Notes: a model not told the origin generated them from the letters alone. A stretch of 64,000 nt of DNA from an uncultured Spirochaetaceae bacterium (GCA_964599075.1 CAZREG010000001.1:123017-187016), one strand, 5' to 3'; shown: positions 28,557 to 38,829, counted from the stretch's first letter. Made by a program: numbers and translations.

Positions 28557-29299
28557 TCCATCACGTCGGTGCCCGCTGCAACCGGGTCTGAGAAGAGATC
28601 CTCGAGCGGGAGTGCACCCTCGTAAATCGCCTTTCCGGTGATCACGGCAACCACGTTCTCGCGCGCCTGCTCACGCACGCTCTGCAGGTCTTCCACGTTG
28701 CTGATGCCACCGCTGAGAATCACCGGGATACCGGCAGCGTCCGCGACCGCGTTGGTTCGCTCAATGTCCGGACCCTCGAGCATCCCGTCACGGTGTATGG
28801 CGGTGTATATGATACCGGCAACCCGGGCCTCACGCGCCTTCTCCGCCAGCTGGGTATCCAGGTACGGGGTCTCCCGCTCCCAGCCGGAAACCCGGACCTT
28901 TCCCTCGTCGGCATCCAGGCCTACAAGGAAGACCTCTCCGTAGTGTGCCACCCACCCGGCAACCGTCTCCGGCCTGCGCGCAAACGCGGTCCCTATCACC
29001 AACCGGTCAATACCTAGATCGAGCAGCTCTTCAATGTCCTCGTCCCGCCTGATCCCGCCACCGAGTTGAATGGTGGCATCCACGGCGCGACGAATTTTCC
29101 TGATCTTCTTCCGGTTCGTGCGGCTGTCACCGCGTGCAGCATCCAGGTCTACAAGGTGGATCCTTCGCGCGCCGGCATCTGCGAACTTGCGAGCCATGAC
29201 CACCGGATCCTTTTCATACACGGTTGCCTCGTCGTAGTCTCCGCGAACCAGACGGACACACTCTCCGCCCAGGATATCGATTGCTGGAATCACAGTCAT
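28550..29299 (-). CDS. hisA: ProFAR isomerase HisA
   Basis: 249 aa. VIPAIDILGGECVRLVRGDY, GGGIR, SGGIS motifs. Confidence 0.9.
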   Translation of the reverse strand: MTVIPAIDILGGECVRLVRGDYDEATVYEKDPVVMARKFADAGARRIHLVDLDAARGDSRTNRKKIRKIRRAVDATIQLGGGIRRDEDIEELLDLGIDRLVIGTAFARRPETVAGWVAHYGEVFLVGLDADEGKVRVSGWERETPYLDTQLAEKAREARVAGIIYTAIHRDGMLEGPDIERTNAVADAAGIPVILSGGISNVEDLQSVREQARENVVAVITGKAIYEGALPLEDLFSDPVAAGTDVMEW

Positions 29300-29343
29300 G
29301 GTGCTCTCTCCCTGGAGGTTTTTGTAAAAGGTACTGGAACTGC

Positions 29344-30855
29344 CTACTCTGGAGCACCCAGCTGCTCCAGAAATGCCTGCTGATAGGCAGCAATGCCCTC
29401 CAGATCGACCAGAGGGGCAGGCTCCTGCTCTATCTGGAAATGACCGCCAAGGCTCGCAAGATCAGCCTGCTTCCACGCCGAAAGTCCGACAAGCGCGGCC
29501 CCGAAACTGGTCGCTTCAGGCATTCCGCTGAGATAGAAAGATGCCTGCGGTACCAGGGCGCCCAGCAGGACGTTGTAATCCTTATTGTTGCGAAACCCAC
29601 CCTCAGTGTAGACAGTGACTCCAGCCTCCAGGCCGACCCTCTGGAGGGCCACGACCGTCTGGACCGCCAGACTCAGATTGAGCACCGCGTAGGCACGACG
29701 GGCGTTGGAGAAGAACTCCGGCACCCGCGACCCGGCCTGCATGTCTTCAAGCAGAAAAGTCTCTCCGTGGTCAAGGATGCGGGCCGGCGAGTCAGGGAAC
29801 TGACCCGTCCCACGGACCACAGCAGGGAGGATGAACTCCGCGCGCTCCTTGATGATGGCTCGGTAGAGGTCGGGATCAAACTCGGGGAGTTCGTTCAGCC
29901 CAAAGCGCTCCCGCAGAATGGTTGTATACGTCTCGAACTCGAGCCCGCCCAGCAGGATTGAGGTCTTGACCGGTGTCCCAAAAGCGCACAGATTGTAGAA
30001 AACACTCTTTCCAAGCTCTGACTCATGAAACGAGACCGATTCCTCCGGATGCATCGCTACGCACCAGGTTCCGGTCGAGTTGAGAATAAAACTCTCACCA
30101 GGCTTCTTGATGAGGTACGGCAGGAGGGAGGCGTTCGAGTCGTGAATGCCCAGGGTGACAACGGTGTCGGGTGAGATACCGGTGCGACCGGCGACGGCCG
30201 GGTCAATCGTTCCAAGCACCTCATGCGGACGACGAACCTCCCGGGGAAGCATCTCCCGGATGCCAAGAGCATCAGCCACCCCGGAATAATCCCGCTTCTC
30301 GAAATCGTAGAGGTAGGTGTGGCAGCCCGCGTAGGTGTAGTCCGCGGCAGCCTTCCCGGTGAGCCGGAAGGAGAGGTACTGCGGATAGAACAGAACCTGC
30401 TGCGTCTGGGCGAAGCGATCCGGAAAGCGCTCCTTGAGAAACATCACTCCCTGGGCAATGTTAATGAGGGCCCCGAGCTCGAGCGTGGCCGTTGTCTTCT
30501 GCAGCTCCACGCGGTCTCCGGCGAGCTCATAGAAGCGTTCGTGGAACTCCTCACCCGGCTCGAAGGTGTAGTCAACGATAGGCACCGAGAGTTCCCCGTT
30601 GCTGCCGACACAGGCGAAAGTCGCCCCATGTGTTGCCACGGAGATCACGCCAATGTCGTAGCGTGAGGCGAGCAGACCCAGCGTCTCGAGCAGCCACTGT
30701 TCAAGCTTCTGAGAGTCGACCCAGAGAACACCTTCGGTCTCCATCATTTCAATATTCGTGGAACGGGCATCCACGAGCTCCAGTGAACTCGAGTAGATAT
30801 GGACCTTCTTGTTGGTCTTTCCAATGTCAATGACAGCTATGTAGCGATCGCTCAT
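29344..30855 (-). CDS. FGGY-family carbohydrate kinase (substrate not assignable)
   Basis: 503 aa. N-terminal IAVIDIGKTNKK actin-like ATPase motif and overall FGGY layout. The start overlaps the stop of the upstream aldolase-like gene by 1 nt. Confidence 0.75.
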   Translation of the reverse strand: MSDRYIAVIDIGKTNKKVHIYSSSLELVDARSTNIEMMETEGVLWVDSQKLEQWLLETLGLLASRYDIGVISVATHGATFACVGSNGELSVPIVDYTFEPGEEFHERFYELAGDRVELQKTTATLELGALINIAQGVMFLKERFPDRFAQTQQVLFYPQYLSFRLTGKAAADYTYAGCHTYLYDFEKRDYSGVADALGIREMLPREVRRPHEVLGTIDPAVAGRTGISPDTVVTLGIHDSNASLLPYLIKKPGESFILNSTGTWCVAMHPEESVSFHESELGKSVFYNLCAFGTPVKTSILLGGLEFETYTTILRERFGLNELPEFDPDLYRAIIKERAEFILPAVVRGTGQFPDSPARILDHGETFLLEDMQAGSRVPEFFSNARRAYAVLNLSLAVQTVVALQRVGLEAGVTVYTEGGFRNNKDYNVLLGALVPQASFYLSGMPEATSFGAALVGLSAWKQADLASLGGHFQIEQEPAPLVDLEGIAAYQQAFLEQLGAPE

Positions 30856-31973
30856 CAGCTTCCTCCGGTCGACAGTTTCTTTCGGTACCGCTCAACTTCC
30901 CAGCTGGAGATAAACTCCACAAGGTGGGAATCAAGATGGCGGGCGCCACCAAAGCTCTCAGCGTAGGCGGCAATCTTCACTTCATCCAGAAAGAGCAGGA
31001 GCGCGGTGTCAGCAGCCTTCTGCGACTCTGCGACCGCAAAGGCCCCGAGGCCGGAGACCACAACAATGCGCGGAGCAGTTCCCTCCTGCTCTGCGTACGC
31101 GGCGATCGCCTCAGATAGCTCCTGCGCACCGGCGTCTCCCGCGACGAGCACGGGTCGCTTGCCTGCATAGACAATGTGATCCGGACTAAAGGGGCCGGAG
31201 AGCGGCTTGAAGGTTTCCTCACTCCGCGCCCGCGAGAGGAGCTCAGGATTGGCCGTGAAAGCGATCTCGCTGCCTGCAGGGAATGCCGCAGCGATCATCT
31301 GGTGCCACCCCCTTACGGAGTCATCCTGCGGGAGATTGCCAAGATCGGGGGTGCGCGCCACTGCCTCCTGGACACGCCGCGCGGTAGCTTCGTGGAGCTC
31401 TTTGATCTGCGCACTGCTCTCCCCGGAGATGACAAGCCCATGGTTCTGAAGCAGAATAATCGTTGGCGGCGCTCCGTGCGCTCGCTCGTACTCGTTCACC
31501 TTCCGACGCATCTCCACGGCGAGCACGTACCCCGGTTCAATGGCAGGTATCCAGAGCGCCTGGTCTCCAAAGACACGCCTTGCACCCTCTTCCGCGTCAA
31601 GGCCACAGGTCACCCCGTTCACCAGCGCCGGATGGGTATGAACAATCAATGGATACGGAATCAGCTCGTGCATGAGGGTCTCGACGCTCGGCCGCTTCTC
31701 CTCGCCCGGTCGTCGCGCAGCCATGAGATCGGCAAGCGCTTCAGCCTCACGACCGGCAGAATCCTCTGGATACCGGGCGTCCCAGATCGCCTGCAGCTTG
31801 CTGCGGTCCATCTGCGCGAATCCGTCCTCTGTGATTGTTGCCAGCGAAAAACCGGAGGCCTTGATCCAGAGCGTTGCCTCATCCTTGTAGGAGGTGTTAC
31901 CGCCACCGGCAAGGACCCAGTCCGGGTCGCTGCCGTAGGTTCTCGACAGCTCTACAATTTCAGGAATACTCAT
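30855..31973 (-). CDS. class II aldolase/adducin-domain protein (resembles the N-terminal half of rhamnulose-1-phosphate aldolase fusions)
   Basis: Start at ATG 31973 (MSIPEIVEL...). GGGNTSYK...WIKASG and HTHP zinc-site motifs. No SDR half is present. Confidence 0.7.
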   Translation of the reverse strand: MSIPEIVELSRTYGSDPDWVLAGGGNTSYKDEATLWIKASGFSLATITEDGFAQMDRSKLQAIWDARYPEDSAGREAEALADLMAARRPGEEKRPSVETLMHELIPYPLIVHTHPALVNGVTCGLDAEEGARRVFGDQALWIPAIEPGYVLAVEMRRKVNEYERAHGAPPTIILLQNHGLVISGESSAQIKELHEATARRVQEAVARTPDLGNLPQDDSVRGWHQMIAAAFPAGSEIAFTANPELLSRARSEETFKPLSGPFSPDHIVYAGKRPVLVAGDAGAQELSEAIAAYAEQEGTAPRIVVVSGLGAFAVAESQKAADTALLLFLDEVKIAAYAESFGGARHLDSHLVEFISSWEVERYRKKLSTGGS

Positions 31974-33021
31974 CTTTTTCTCCTGTTTCCGGGAGTGCAG
32001 CGTAGCGTAGCTCCCGCCCCGCGGCAAACGGTACCACGTCTGCGTAGCGAGCGGGCACCGTCCACGGCTTCTCTACAATCTGCAGACGTCGGACCTGCAG
32101 GGGCAACTGATAGAACTGAGCGCCGTATCTGCTGAGGAACGCTTCCAGGCTTGGCCCCACAGGCTCCTCAGCCTCTGTGACCGGAAGCCCCAGGGATTCA
32201 GCGAGCTCCACGAGCAGAGGAACGGCCACCGGCGCGGTGTAGATTCCCGCGCAGCCGCTTTCGCACTCCTTGTCACCAATCCGGTGAGGCGCGCTGTCGG
32301 AGCCAAAGAAGAACGAGGGGTGACCCTGAGTCAGCACATCAAGAAGCGCCTGACGATCGCTCTCCCGCTTTGCTATCGGTTTGCAGAAATGGTGTGGCTT
32401 GAGCTCACCACCAATAACGTCATCCAGGGTCAGTAGGAGATGGTGGACGGTGACGGTCGCCGCCACCCGCTCGGGAGCGGAGACCACGTAGCGCACGGCG
32501 GCGGCGCTGCTGACGTGCTCCACCACGATCCGCAGGGTGGGGAAACGATTCACAACGGCATCCACCACCGCCAGGTAGCGTTCCTCACGGTCAAGAACAA
32601 ATGCTCCCGGCATCTCGGCATGGATCTCGAGCACCAGACCGTGTGCCTCCATAGCCTCAAACACGGGGTAGAGGCTCTCTACGTCTGAGGCACCGTCTGA
32701 AGAGTTGGTGGTCACTCCCTGTGGATAGAGCTTGCCGCCCACGGCTCCGGCAGCCGCCATTCGCGCTACCTCCTGGGCCGTGATCTGAGGGAGCACTTTG
32801 AACACAAGAAGCGGTTCGAATCGGCACTCCGGGGGCATGGCCGCCATAATCTGTGAGCGGTAGTGTTCGAGCGAGTTGCGGTCCTGGACCGGGGGGACGG
32901 TGTTCGGCATGGCAAGCACGCGACCAAACCAGGGTGCGGTGTCCCGGACAACCGGAGGCAGCAGATCGTCCTGTCGCAGGTGGGCGTGAAAGTCGTCCGG
33001 CATACGAATATCAAATGGCAT
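31960..33021 (-). CDS. pyrC: dihydroorotase (homodimeric PyrC type)
   Basis: 353 aa. DDFHAHLRQ N-terminal metal site, KLYP (carbamylated Lys region), VEHVS, FFFGSDSAPH. Confidence 0.85.
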   Translation of the reverse strand: MPFDIRMPDDFHAHLRQDDLLPPVVRDTAPWFGRVLAMPNTVPPVQDRNSLEHYRSQIMAAMPPECRFEPLLVFKVLPQITAQEVARMAAAGAVGGKLYPQGVTTNSSDGASDVESLYPVFEAMEAHGLVLEIHAEMPGAFVLDREERYLAVVDAVVNRFPTLRIVVEHVSSAAAVRYVVSAPERVAATVTVHHLLLTLDDVIGGELKPHHFCKPIAKRESDRQALLDVLTQGHPSFFFGSDSAPHRIGDKECESGCAGIYTAPVAVPLLVELAESLGLPVTEAEEPVGPSLEAFLSRYGAQFYQLPLQVRRLQIVEKPWTVPARYADVVPFAAGRELRYAALPETGEKDEYS

Positions 33022-33099
33022 GGACCAGAGTCTACCGGAGTGCGGATCATCTTTGAAGCTGGTGGACAGCGCTGTGGCCCAACGCTATCTTTGCCATCG

Positions 33100-34188
33100 A
33101 TGGAGGTTTTGGAAGAGCTCACTCAGACCAGCTCCTGGTACTACGCAGGCTTCTCCGCCCTCGACCGCTACTTCGGCACCACGAGCAGTGAACAGCAGTT
33201 CATTGCGGTGGAGGGGGATCTGGTCACCCTTGCGAAAGCCGTTCCTGAGCTCGACTTTCCTGGTATCTACCATGCGGATGCCGCCGCCTGGATTGATGGC
33301 GTGCGGACTTACTTCACCACCTTCGACCCCGGTTCCAGGCGTCCGCAGCAGAGCTTCCGACCGCTGAACCTGCTCTATTCACCGGCGCGCGAGCGCTACA
33401 TCGATCCCTATGACGACTACCAGGCGATTCGTAGCGAGGTGCTCGAGCCGGCCCCGGCGAGTTACTCTCCCCTTCACCGGCTGCTCGATGCGGCGATGGC
33501 AATCTCCCGCTACTCCTACACGTTGGCTGAACCGCTCACGCCGGTTGAGCCGTTCCCTGAGCTGCCGCCGGAGACCCTGCGATCAGTGCTGACGACTATT
33601 CTCACCGGCACGTCGGCAGACCGGGGCATGGAGCTGCTGATGGAGCACGGATTCGTGGAGCGCTACCTGCCGGAGCTCATGCCCATGTGTTCCACCAGCC
33701 ACTCCAAGGAGCACCATCCGGAGGGCGGGGTGTGGTCACACTCAGTGCAGACGTTCCGCTACCGCAGGGGGTTCGATCTGCGCCTGACCTGGGCGTTGCT
33801 GCTGCACGACTCCGGGAAGCCGCTGGCAGTACCGAGCGAGGGCCGACGGTTTAACGGGCACGCGGAGATCGGGGCACGCCTCGCTCGTAGAATCCTGCGG
33901 CGGCTCAACTTTCCACAGGAGTTCATTGATGATGTCTCATGGCTGATTGAACGGCATATGTTCCCGGGAGCGCTCCACAAGCTTCCCACGTTCCGAACCG
34001 CGCGCCTCATGGACAACCGCCTCTTTCCGCTCCTGCTCGAGCTCTACCGCTGCGATCTGGTCTCCACCTACCGCGGTCCGGACGGGTACTACCGGGCGTG
34101 CAAAATCTACCGTGACTTTCTCAGGAACAACGCGAACCCCTACCGTGACGCGTCCGGCAAGAAGCTTATCCGGCTCTACGTGGAATAG
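33100..34188 (+). CDS. HD-domain protein related to CCA-adding/poly(A) polymerase family, with a degenerate nucleotidyltransferase head
   Basis: Start trimmed to ATG 33100. HD region KEHHPEGGVWSHSVQT...LLHDSGKP. The N-terminus reads YAGFSALDRYFG where the family normally has GGxVRD. No DxD seen by eye. Confidence 0.65.
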   Translation: MEVLEELTQTSSWYYAGFSALDRYFGTTSSEQQFIAVEGDLVTLAKAVPELDFPGIYHADAAAWIDGVRTYFTTFDPGSRRPQQSFRPLNLLYSPARERYIDPYDDYQAIRSEVLEPAPASYSPLHRLLDAAMAISRYSYTLAEPLTPVEPFPELPPETLRSVLTTILTGTSADRGMELLMEHGFVERYLPELMPMCSTSHSKEHHPEGGVWSHSVQTFRYRRGFDLRLTWALLLHDSGKPLAVPSEGRRFNGHAEIGARLARRILRRLNFPQEFIDDVSWLIERHMFPGALHKLPTFRTARLMDNRLFPLLLELYRCDLVSTYRGPDGYYRACKIYRDFLRNNANPYRDASGKKLIRLYVE

Positions 34189-34197
34189 GGAAACGGT

Positions 34198-34989
34198 TCA
34201 GCTGCCGGAAGGACGGTTGCGCCGTCCGATCTCTGCAAGGCCGCGAAGGGTCAGCCACGGCTCCACCCGATCTATCCGCCTGCACTGCGGCGCAACCAGC
34301 GATGACTCGCCCCCAGTTGCAAGAACAGTCACCTTTGAGACACCGTGCTTCGTCTTGAGCTCTCCAACGATACCTGCTACCAGGCCGTCGACAAGGCCGG
34401 CGTATCCGTTGAGCATGCCCGAGCGGATGGCGCTGGTTGTGTTCGTGCCGATAAAGCCCTCAGACGGGGGGCTGAGATCCACCATTGGAAGCGCCGCGGT
34501 GCGTGATACAAGCCCGTGCATGCCGGTCCGAAACCCGGGTGCGATGGCAACCCCGCGAACACACCCCTGGGCGTCCACGGTGGTAAACGTCAGGGCAGTC
34601 CCAAAATCTACTACAACCGTTGCTCCGCCGGTGATGAGATAGCCGGCCACGGCGTTGGCAAGCAGGTCACTGCCCAGCTCCCCCGGGGTGTCGGTGCAGA
34701 CAGTAACCGGAAGCGTGAGCGCGGTGCTCACCACGACGGGCTTGATGGCAAGCAGCCGCGCTACGCTCTGCTCTATTGGACTCAGCAGGTGCGGGACCAC
34801 GCTCGAGATGACAACACTGTCTATCACGCTCCGGTCGCCTTCTATCCGCAGCAGCCCCTCGAGGTTGAGCAGAAACTCATCTGCAGTCCACTGAGACCGG
34901 CTTGAAAGCCGCCAGTGACCGGTGACCTGATCACCATCAAAGAGACCGATGGCGATGTTGCTGTTCCCGGCGTCAATGGTCAGTGTCAT
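34198..34989 (-). CDS. coaX: type III pantothenate kinase
   Basis: Start at ATG 34989 (MTLTIDAGNSNIAIGLF). VVDFGTALTF and GTNT motifs. 17-nt overlap with the thrC end. Confidence 0.85.
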   Translation of the reverse strand: MTLTIDAGNSNIAIGLFDGDQVTGHWRLSSRSQWTADEFLLNLEGLLRIEGDRSVIDSVVISSVVPHLLSPIEQSVARLLAIKPVVVSTALTLPVTVCTDTPGELGSDLLANAVAGYLITGGATVVVDFGTALTFTTVDAQGCVRGVAIAPGFRTGMHGLVSRTAALPMVDLSPPSEGFIGTNTTSAIRSGMLNGYAGLVDGLVAGIVGELKTKHGVSKVTVLATGGESSLVAPQCRRIDRVEPWLTLRGLAEIGRRNRPSGS

Positions 34990-36295
34990 AGTGCCCCAGC
35001 AGATAGTTGCGTAGCGCGTCCAGCTCTGCGGCAACCGGAGTCGCCTGCTTCTCACGCTCGAGTGCTCCGGCAAGCTGCGGCGGCAGGTCGGGGACCGCCC
35101 CGGTAGCCTCCCGCACACTCTCAGCAAACTTGGCCGCGTGGGCAGTTGCAAGCGTCACTACCGCAGCATCTGATGCGCCCTCTCCGTCAAGGTATCGCTC
35201 CGCCGCCGCAACACCGGCTGCCGTGTGCGGGTCCAGGAAGCGGTTGTACTTCCAGTGATAGCGGCTCATCACCTCCGCTATCGTTTGGTCGTCAACAGCT
35301 TCACCGGAGACAACCTCACGCATTACCTCGTAGTCAGAGCCGAAAACCTCCAGCATGCGCTCAAAGTTGCTCGGGTTTCCTACGTCCATGGCGTTCGCAA
35401 GGGTCCGGCGGCTTGGCCGGGGAGTGAAGATTCCGGTCAGCAGATACTCAGGTACCACATCATTGATGTTGGTGGCCGCTATGAACCCTGACACCGGAAG
35501 CCCCCAGCGCCAGGCAAGGATTCCTGCGGTCAGATTGCCAAAGTTGCCGCTGGGCACGCAGAACACGAGCTCGCTCGCCAGGCGCGAGCGCAGCTTCACA
35601 AAGGCGTAGATATAGTAGAGGGCCTGGGGAAGCAGCCGGCCAAGGTTTATCGAGTTGGCGGAGGTCAGCCTCAGGCGCTGCCTGAGAACTGGATCCATGA
35701 ACGCCTGCTTGACCATTCGCTGACAGTCGTCAAAGCTGCCGGCCACCTCGAGGGCGGTCACGTTGCCGCCAACCGTTGTCAGCTGCTTCTCCTGAAGTGG
35801 GCTCACGCGACCGGAAGGATAGAGGATGACCACCTCAATACCTGCCTTATGGTGGAACGCCTTCGCAACCGCACTCCCGGTGTCACCGGAGGTCGCCGTC
35901 AGAATGATCGCCGGTTTCGCCGTCTGCTCGAGCAGATGCTCCATGGCGGCAGCCAGGAAGCTCGCGCCAAAATCCTTGAAGGCACAGGACGGTCCGTGGA
36001 AGAGCTCGAGAAGCTGCATCTCAGGCGTGATCTGTGCCAGTGCCGGTTCAAAGGAGAAGGCCTGCTGACAGACCGATGCTGCCGACTCCTCGGTAAATGT
36101 GTCAGGCAGCAGGCGCGGAATCACGCGGGAGGCAATCTCAACAAAGCTCGACCCTTCCGGGAGATCAAGGAACAATCCCTTCAGATCGGGCTCGCTCGAC
36201 GGATGGTAGAGACCACCGTCCGGTGCAAGGCCACGGAAGATAGCCTCCCGGAAGGATGCCTCATGCTTGCGGTCACGGGTGCTGTAGAACTTCAT
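34973..36295 (-). CDS. thrC: threonine synthase
   Basis: 440 aa. MKFYSTR...GLAPDGGLYHP, PLP-lysine region GPSCAFKDFG, TSGDTGSA. Confidence 0.9.
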   Translation of the reverse strand: MKFYSTRDRKHEASFREAIFRGLAPDGGLYHPSSEPDLKGLFLDLPEGSSFVEIASRVIPRLLPDTFTEESAASVCQQAFSFEPALAQITPEMQLLELFHGPSCAFKDFGASFLAAAMEHLLEQTAKPAIILTATSGDTGSAVAKAFHHKAGIEVVILYPSGRVSPLQEKQLTTVGGNVTALEVAGSFDDCQRMVKQAFMDPVLRQRLRLTSANSINLGRLLPQALYYIYAFVKLRSRLASELVFCVPSGNFGNLTAGILAWRWGLPVSGFIAATNINDVVPEYLLTGIFTPRPSRRTLANAMDVGNPSNFERMLEVFGSDYEVMREVVSGEAVDDQTIAEVMSRYHWKYNRFLDPHTAAGVAAAERYLDGEGASDAAVVTLATAHAAKFAESVREATGAVPDLPPQLAGALEREKQATPVAAELDALRNYLLGHYDTDH

Positions 36296-37677
36296 GCTGC
36301 ACCTCCCGGAAAAAATGCGTCGTGGACCGCGTTCAGCGCTCGTTCCCGTTCACGCTGGTACACTATGAATGAGATATTCATCTCTGATGACCCCTGGGCT
36401 ATCGCAAGGACATTGATCCCGGCACCACCGAGGGCGTGGAACAGACGCCCGGAGATACCGGATTTGCCGCGCATGTTCTCGCCAATGACGGCCACGATCT
36501 CGAGCTCACGCTCGGCGGCAACCGCTTCAATGGTGCGATGGGCAAGCTCTGATGCGAACTCCCGCTCAAGGGCAGCGGTCGCGCGCGCGCTCTGCTCGTC
36601 ACGAACCACAAAGCAGATGCTGTGCTCGCTAGAGGCCTGACTGATCATGATGACATTGATACGCTCGGCAGCGAGGGTTGAAAAGAGTCGCCCGGCAATG
36701 CCGGGTAGGCCGACCATACCGCCGCCCTCCACGTTGATGAGAGCCACTCCCTCTATGGATGCAACACCGGTAATAGTCTCGCTCGCGCTGCTTTCATTGG
36801 CGATCAGCGTTCCCGGCGCTTCCGGATTCAATGTGTTCTTGATCCAGAGCGGGACTCCTCTATCCACTGCCGGCACCATGGTATAAGGATGGATCACCTT
36901 CGCCCCAAAGTAAGAGAGCTCCATCGCCTCTTTGTAGCTGATCCGGGGCAACACAAACGCGCCCGGCACAAAGCGGGGGTCTGCGCTGTAGACACCGTCT
37001 ACATCTGTCCAGATCTCTATGGCTGACGCGCGGGCTCCAGCACCCACAATGGAGGCTGTGTAGTCACTTCCGTTTCGCCCAAGCGTGGTAGAGATGCCGT
37101 CGGCAGTGGCGGCAACAAAGCCGGTGACCACCGGGATGTCATCCCCGGCGAGCACCTCCTCTATCCTGCGGTAGCTCTCCTCGAACTCGACCACGGCGCT
37201 TCCGAAGGTGGCGTCCGTGACGATCAGAGGGCGCGCGTCAACGTAGCGCCCCGGAAGCCCGCGAGAACGCAGCGCTGAAGCGATCAACTCGCAGTTCATT
37301 CGTTCGCCGAACCCCACAATCAGATCACCCGTGCGCGGGCTGCAGTCACGAACCAGATAGACCCCGTGGAGCAGCTCTCGCAGCTCATCAGCAAGGAGAG
37401 TCAGCGTGGAGACAATCGCCTCGCGCTCGGCCCCGGTGCAGAGTCGGGTTGCGGCAGCAAGGTAGCGATCCCGGATCTGCTGTTCGAGCGCGAGGGCGGT
37501 CTCAAGCCCAGCAGAGGCCTGCGCGCTCGCATCGAGCAGCTGATCGGTGACTCCTTTCATGGCGGAGAATACCGCACAGACCCGCTCCTGCTTGTGGTGA
37601 GACGCAATGATATCTGTGACTCCGGCGATCCGCGTTGCATCAGCAACCGAACTGCCACCGAACTTCATGACCTTCAT
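36292..37677 (-). CDS. lysC: aspartate kinase
   Basis: Start at ATG 37677 (MKVMKFGGSSV). RNGSDYTA motif and two C-terminal ACT-like repeats. 4-nt overlap with thrC. Confidence 0.9.
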   Translation of the reverse strand: MKVMKFGGSSVADATRIAGVTDIIASHHKQERVCAVFSAMKGVTDQLLDASAQASAGLETALALEQQIRDRYLAAATRLCTGAEREAIVSTLTLLADELRELLHGVYLVRDCSPRTGDLIVGFGERMNCELIASALRSRGLPGRYVDARPLIVTDATFGSAVVEFEESYRRIEEVLAGDDIPVVTGFVAATADGISTTLGRNGSDYTASIVGAGARASAIEIWTDVDGVYSADPRFVPGAFVLPRISYKEAMELSYFGAKVIHPYTMVPAVDRGVPLWIKNTLNPEAPGTLIANESSASETITGVASIEGVALINVEGGGMVGLPGIAGRLFSTLAAERINVIMISQASSEHSICFVVRDEQSARATAALEREFASELAHRTIEAVAAERELEIVAVIGENMRGKSGISGRLFHALGGAGINVLAIAQGSSEMNISFIVYQRERERALNAVHDAFFPGGAA

Positions 37678-37749
37678 GGGAGCTCCGCAGACGAAATAGT
37701 GTGCGACGCTCATGGTCGCATTGCGCTGTTCAGAGTATGATAAAGAGTA

Positions 37750-38820
37750 TTGATGAGCAACATCTTCCGGGCAACGGCTCTTCTCACGCTCCTCCTCCTT
37801 CCTCTGGTGACCTGGGCGCAGACTCTTGACGCGGAAGCCGGGCGGGTCGTGCAGGATGCGCTTTTTCTCTCGCCGGAGTACACGGTTCCGGTGACCAGGG
37901 CGGATGGTGAGCCGGTAGTGGTCGCAGCGGACTTTAACGGCGACGGAATCATTGATGTCGCAATCCTTTCTATTGCATCAGATCCCCGCGTGCGGGCTAC
38001 GCTTGCGGAACTCTCGGCGAATGAACGCGTTTTTGATGCGCGCGCAATCCAGCCGCTGTTTCTGCTCGAGACACTTTTTCAGCTCTCAGACACCATCATC
38101 ACCGTAGAGCTCGGCCGCCAGGTGGTGTTCGACGAAATCACCCTTGTGGAGCTCTCACAGACCGATTCACCGGCGGTCAGAGTCTCTTTCCGCAGCAGCC
38201 GTGGTACCGCCGACCAGCTCGTGACCTTCTCCCCGGACGGACGCGCATCACGACTCCGGCTCGCCGACTCGCCGTCGGAGTTCGGCGAGCTTGCAGACAT
38301 TGATGAAGACGGTGTCCTGGAGGCGGTGACCGCCCGACGGGTCCCTGAAGCCGGCCGCGGCTATGAGACGTTTCTGGAGCTCTACGAGTACTCCGGCGGC
38401 GCGTACGCCAGGATAACCGGCTTTGGCGTTGTCCGGGAGCTCGAACGCTTTCTCGAGCAGGTGCGGACGCACGTACGTCAGCAGGAGTGGCAGGCGCTCG
38501 CCGGACTGATTGCCCAGAGCGATTCCGGCGACCCGGCACTCGTGCTTGCCGATGCATTCCAACTGATAGAGGTGGACGGCGAGGAGCCGGCGGCAGGCGC
38601 AGAGTCACTGCTGCCGACTGCAATACGTGACCTGGTGACTATGCAGTTTACCGACAATCCGTTTCCGCCACCCTACCTTCAGCAGCAGGTACGGCTCACG
38701 TTCCGGCTTGACTGCTGCGGCGAGGAGCGCCGCGTCTACGCTGCGCTGCTTGAGCTCACGCTGGACCCGTTCAGAGGAGAGACGTTTCGTTTCTTGACAG
38801 ATCAAGAATCGGGACGGTAG
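37750..38820 (+). CDS. secreted protein of unknown function
   Basis: 356 aa with a signal peptide (ALLTLLLLPLVTWAQ). Start is TTG 37750 or ATG 37753. Two FG-GAP/VCBS-like acidic loops (DFNGDGIIDVA, DIDEDGVLEAV). Confidence 0.6.
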   Translation: MMSNIFRATALLTLLLLPLVTWAQTLDAEAGRVVQDALFLSPEYTVPVTRADGEPVVVAADFNGDGIIDVAILSIASDPRVRATLAELSANERVFDARAIQPLFLLETLFQLSDTIITVELGRQVVFDEITLVELSQTDSPAVRVSFRSSRGTADQLVTFSPDGRASRLRLADSPSEFGELADIDEDGVLEAVTARRVPEAGRGYETFLELYEYSGGAYARITGFGVVRELERFLEQVRTHVRQQEWQALAGLIAQSDSGDPALVLADAFQLIEVDGEEPAAGAESLLPTAIRDLVTMQFTDNPFPPPYLQQQVRLTFRLDCCGEERRVYAALLELTLDPFRGETFRFLTDQESGR

Positions 38821-38829
38821 GGTTACTGA

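Noticed and set aside
31176-32135. 319-aa ORF antisense to the aldolase-like and pyrC genes
   Set aside because: It spans a gene junction on the opposite strand, has an Arg/Pro-rich shadow composition, and shows no motif.
37678-37749. Possible lysine riboswitch or leader upstream of lysC
   Set aside because: Only 72 nt separate lysC from the divergent gene. That is too short for an L-box (~180 nt), and no conserved L-box helices are recognisable.
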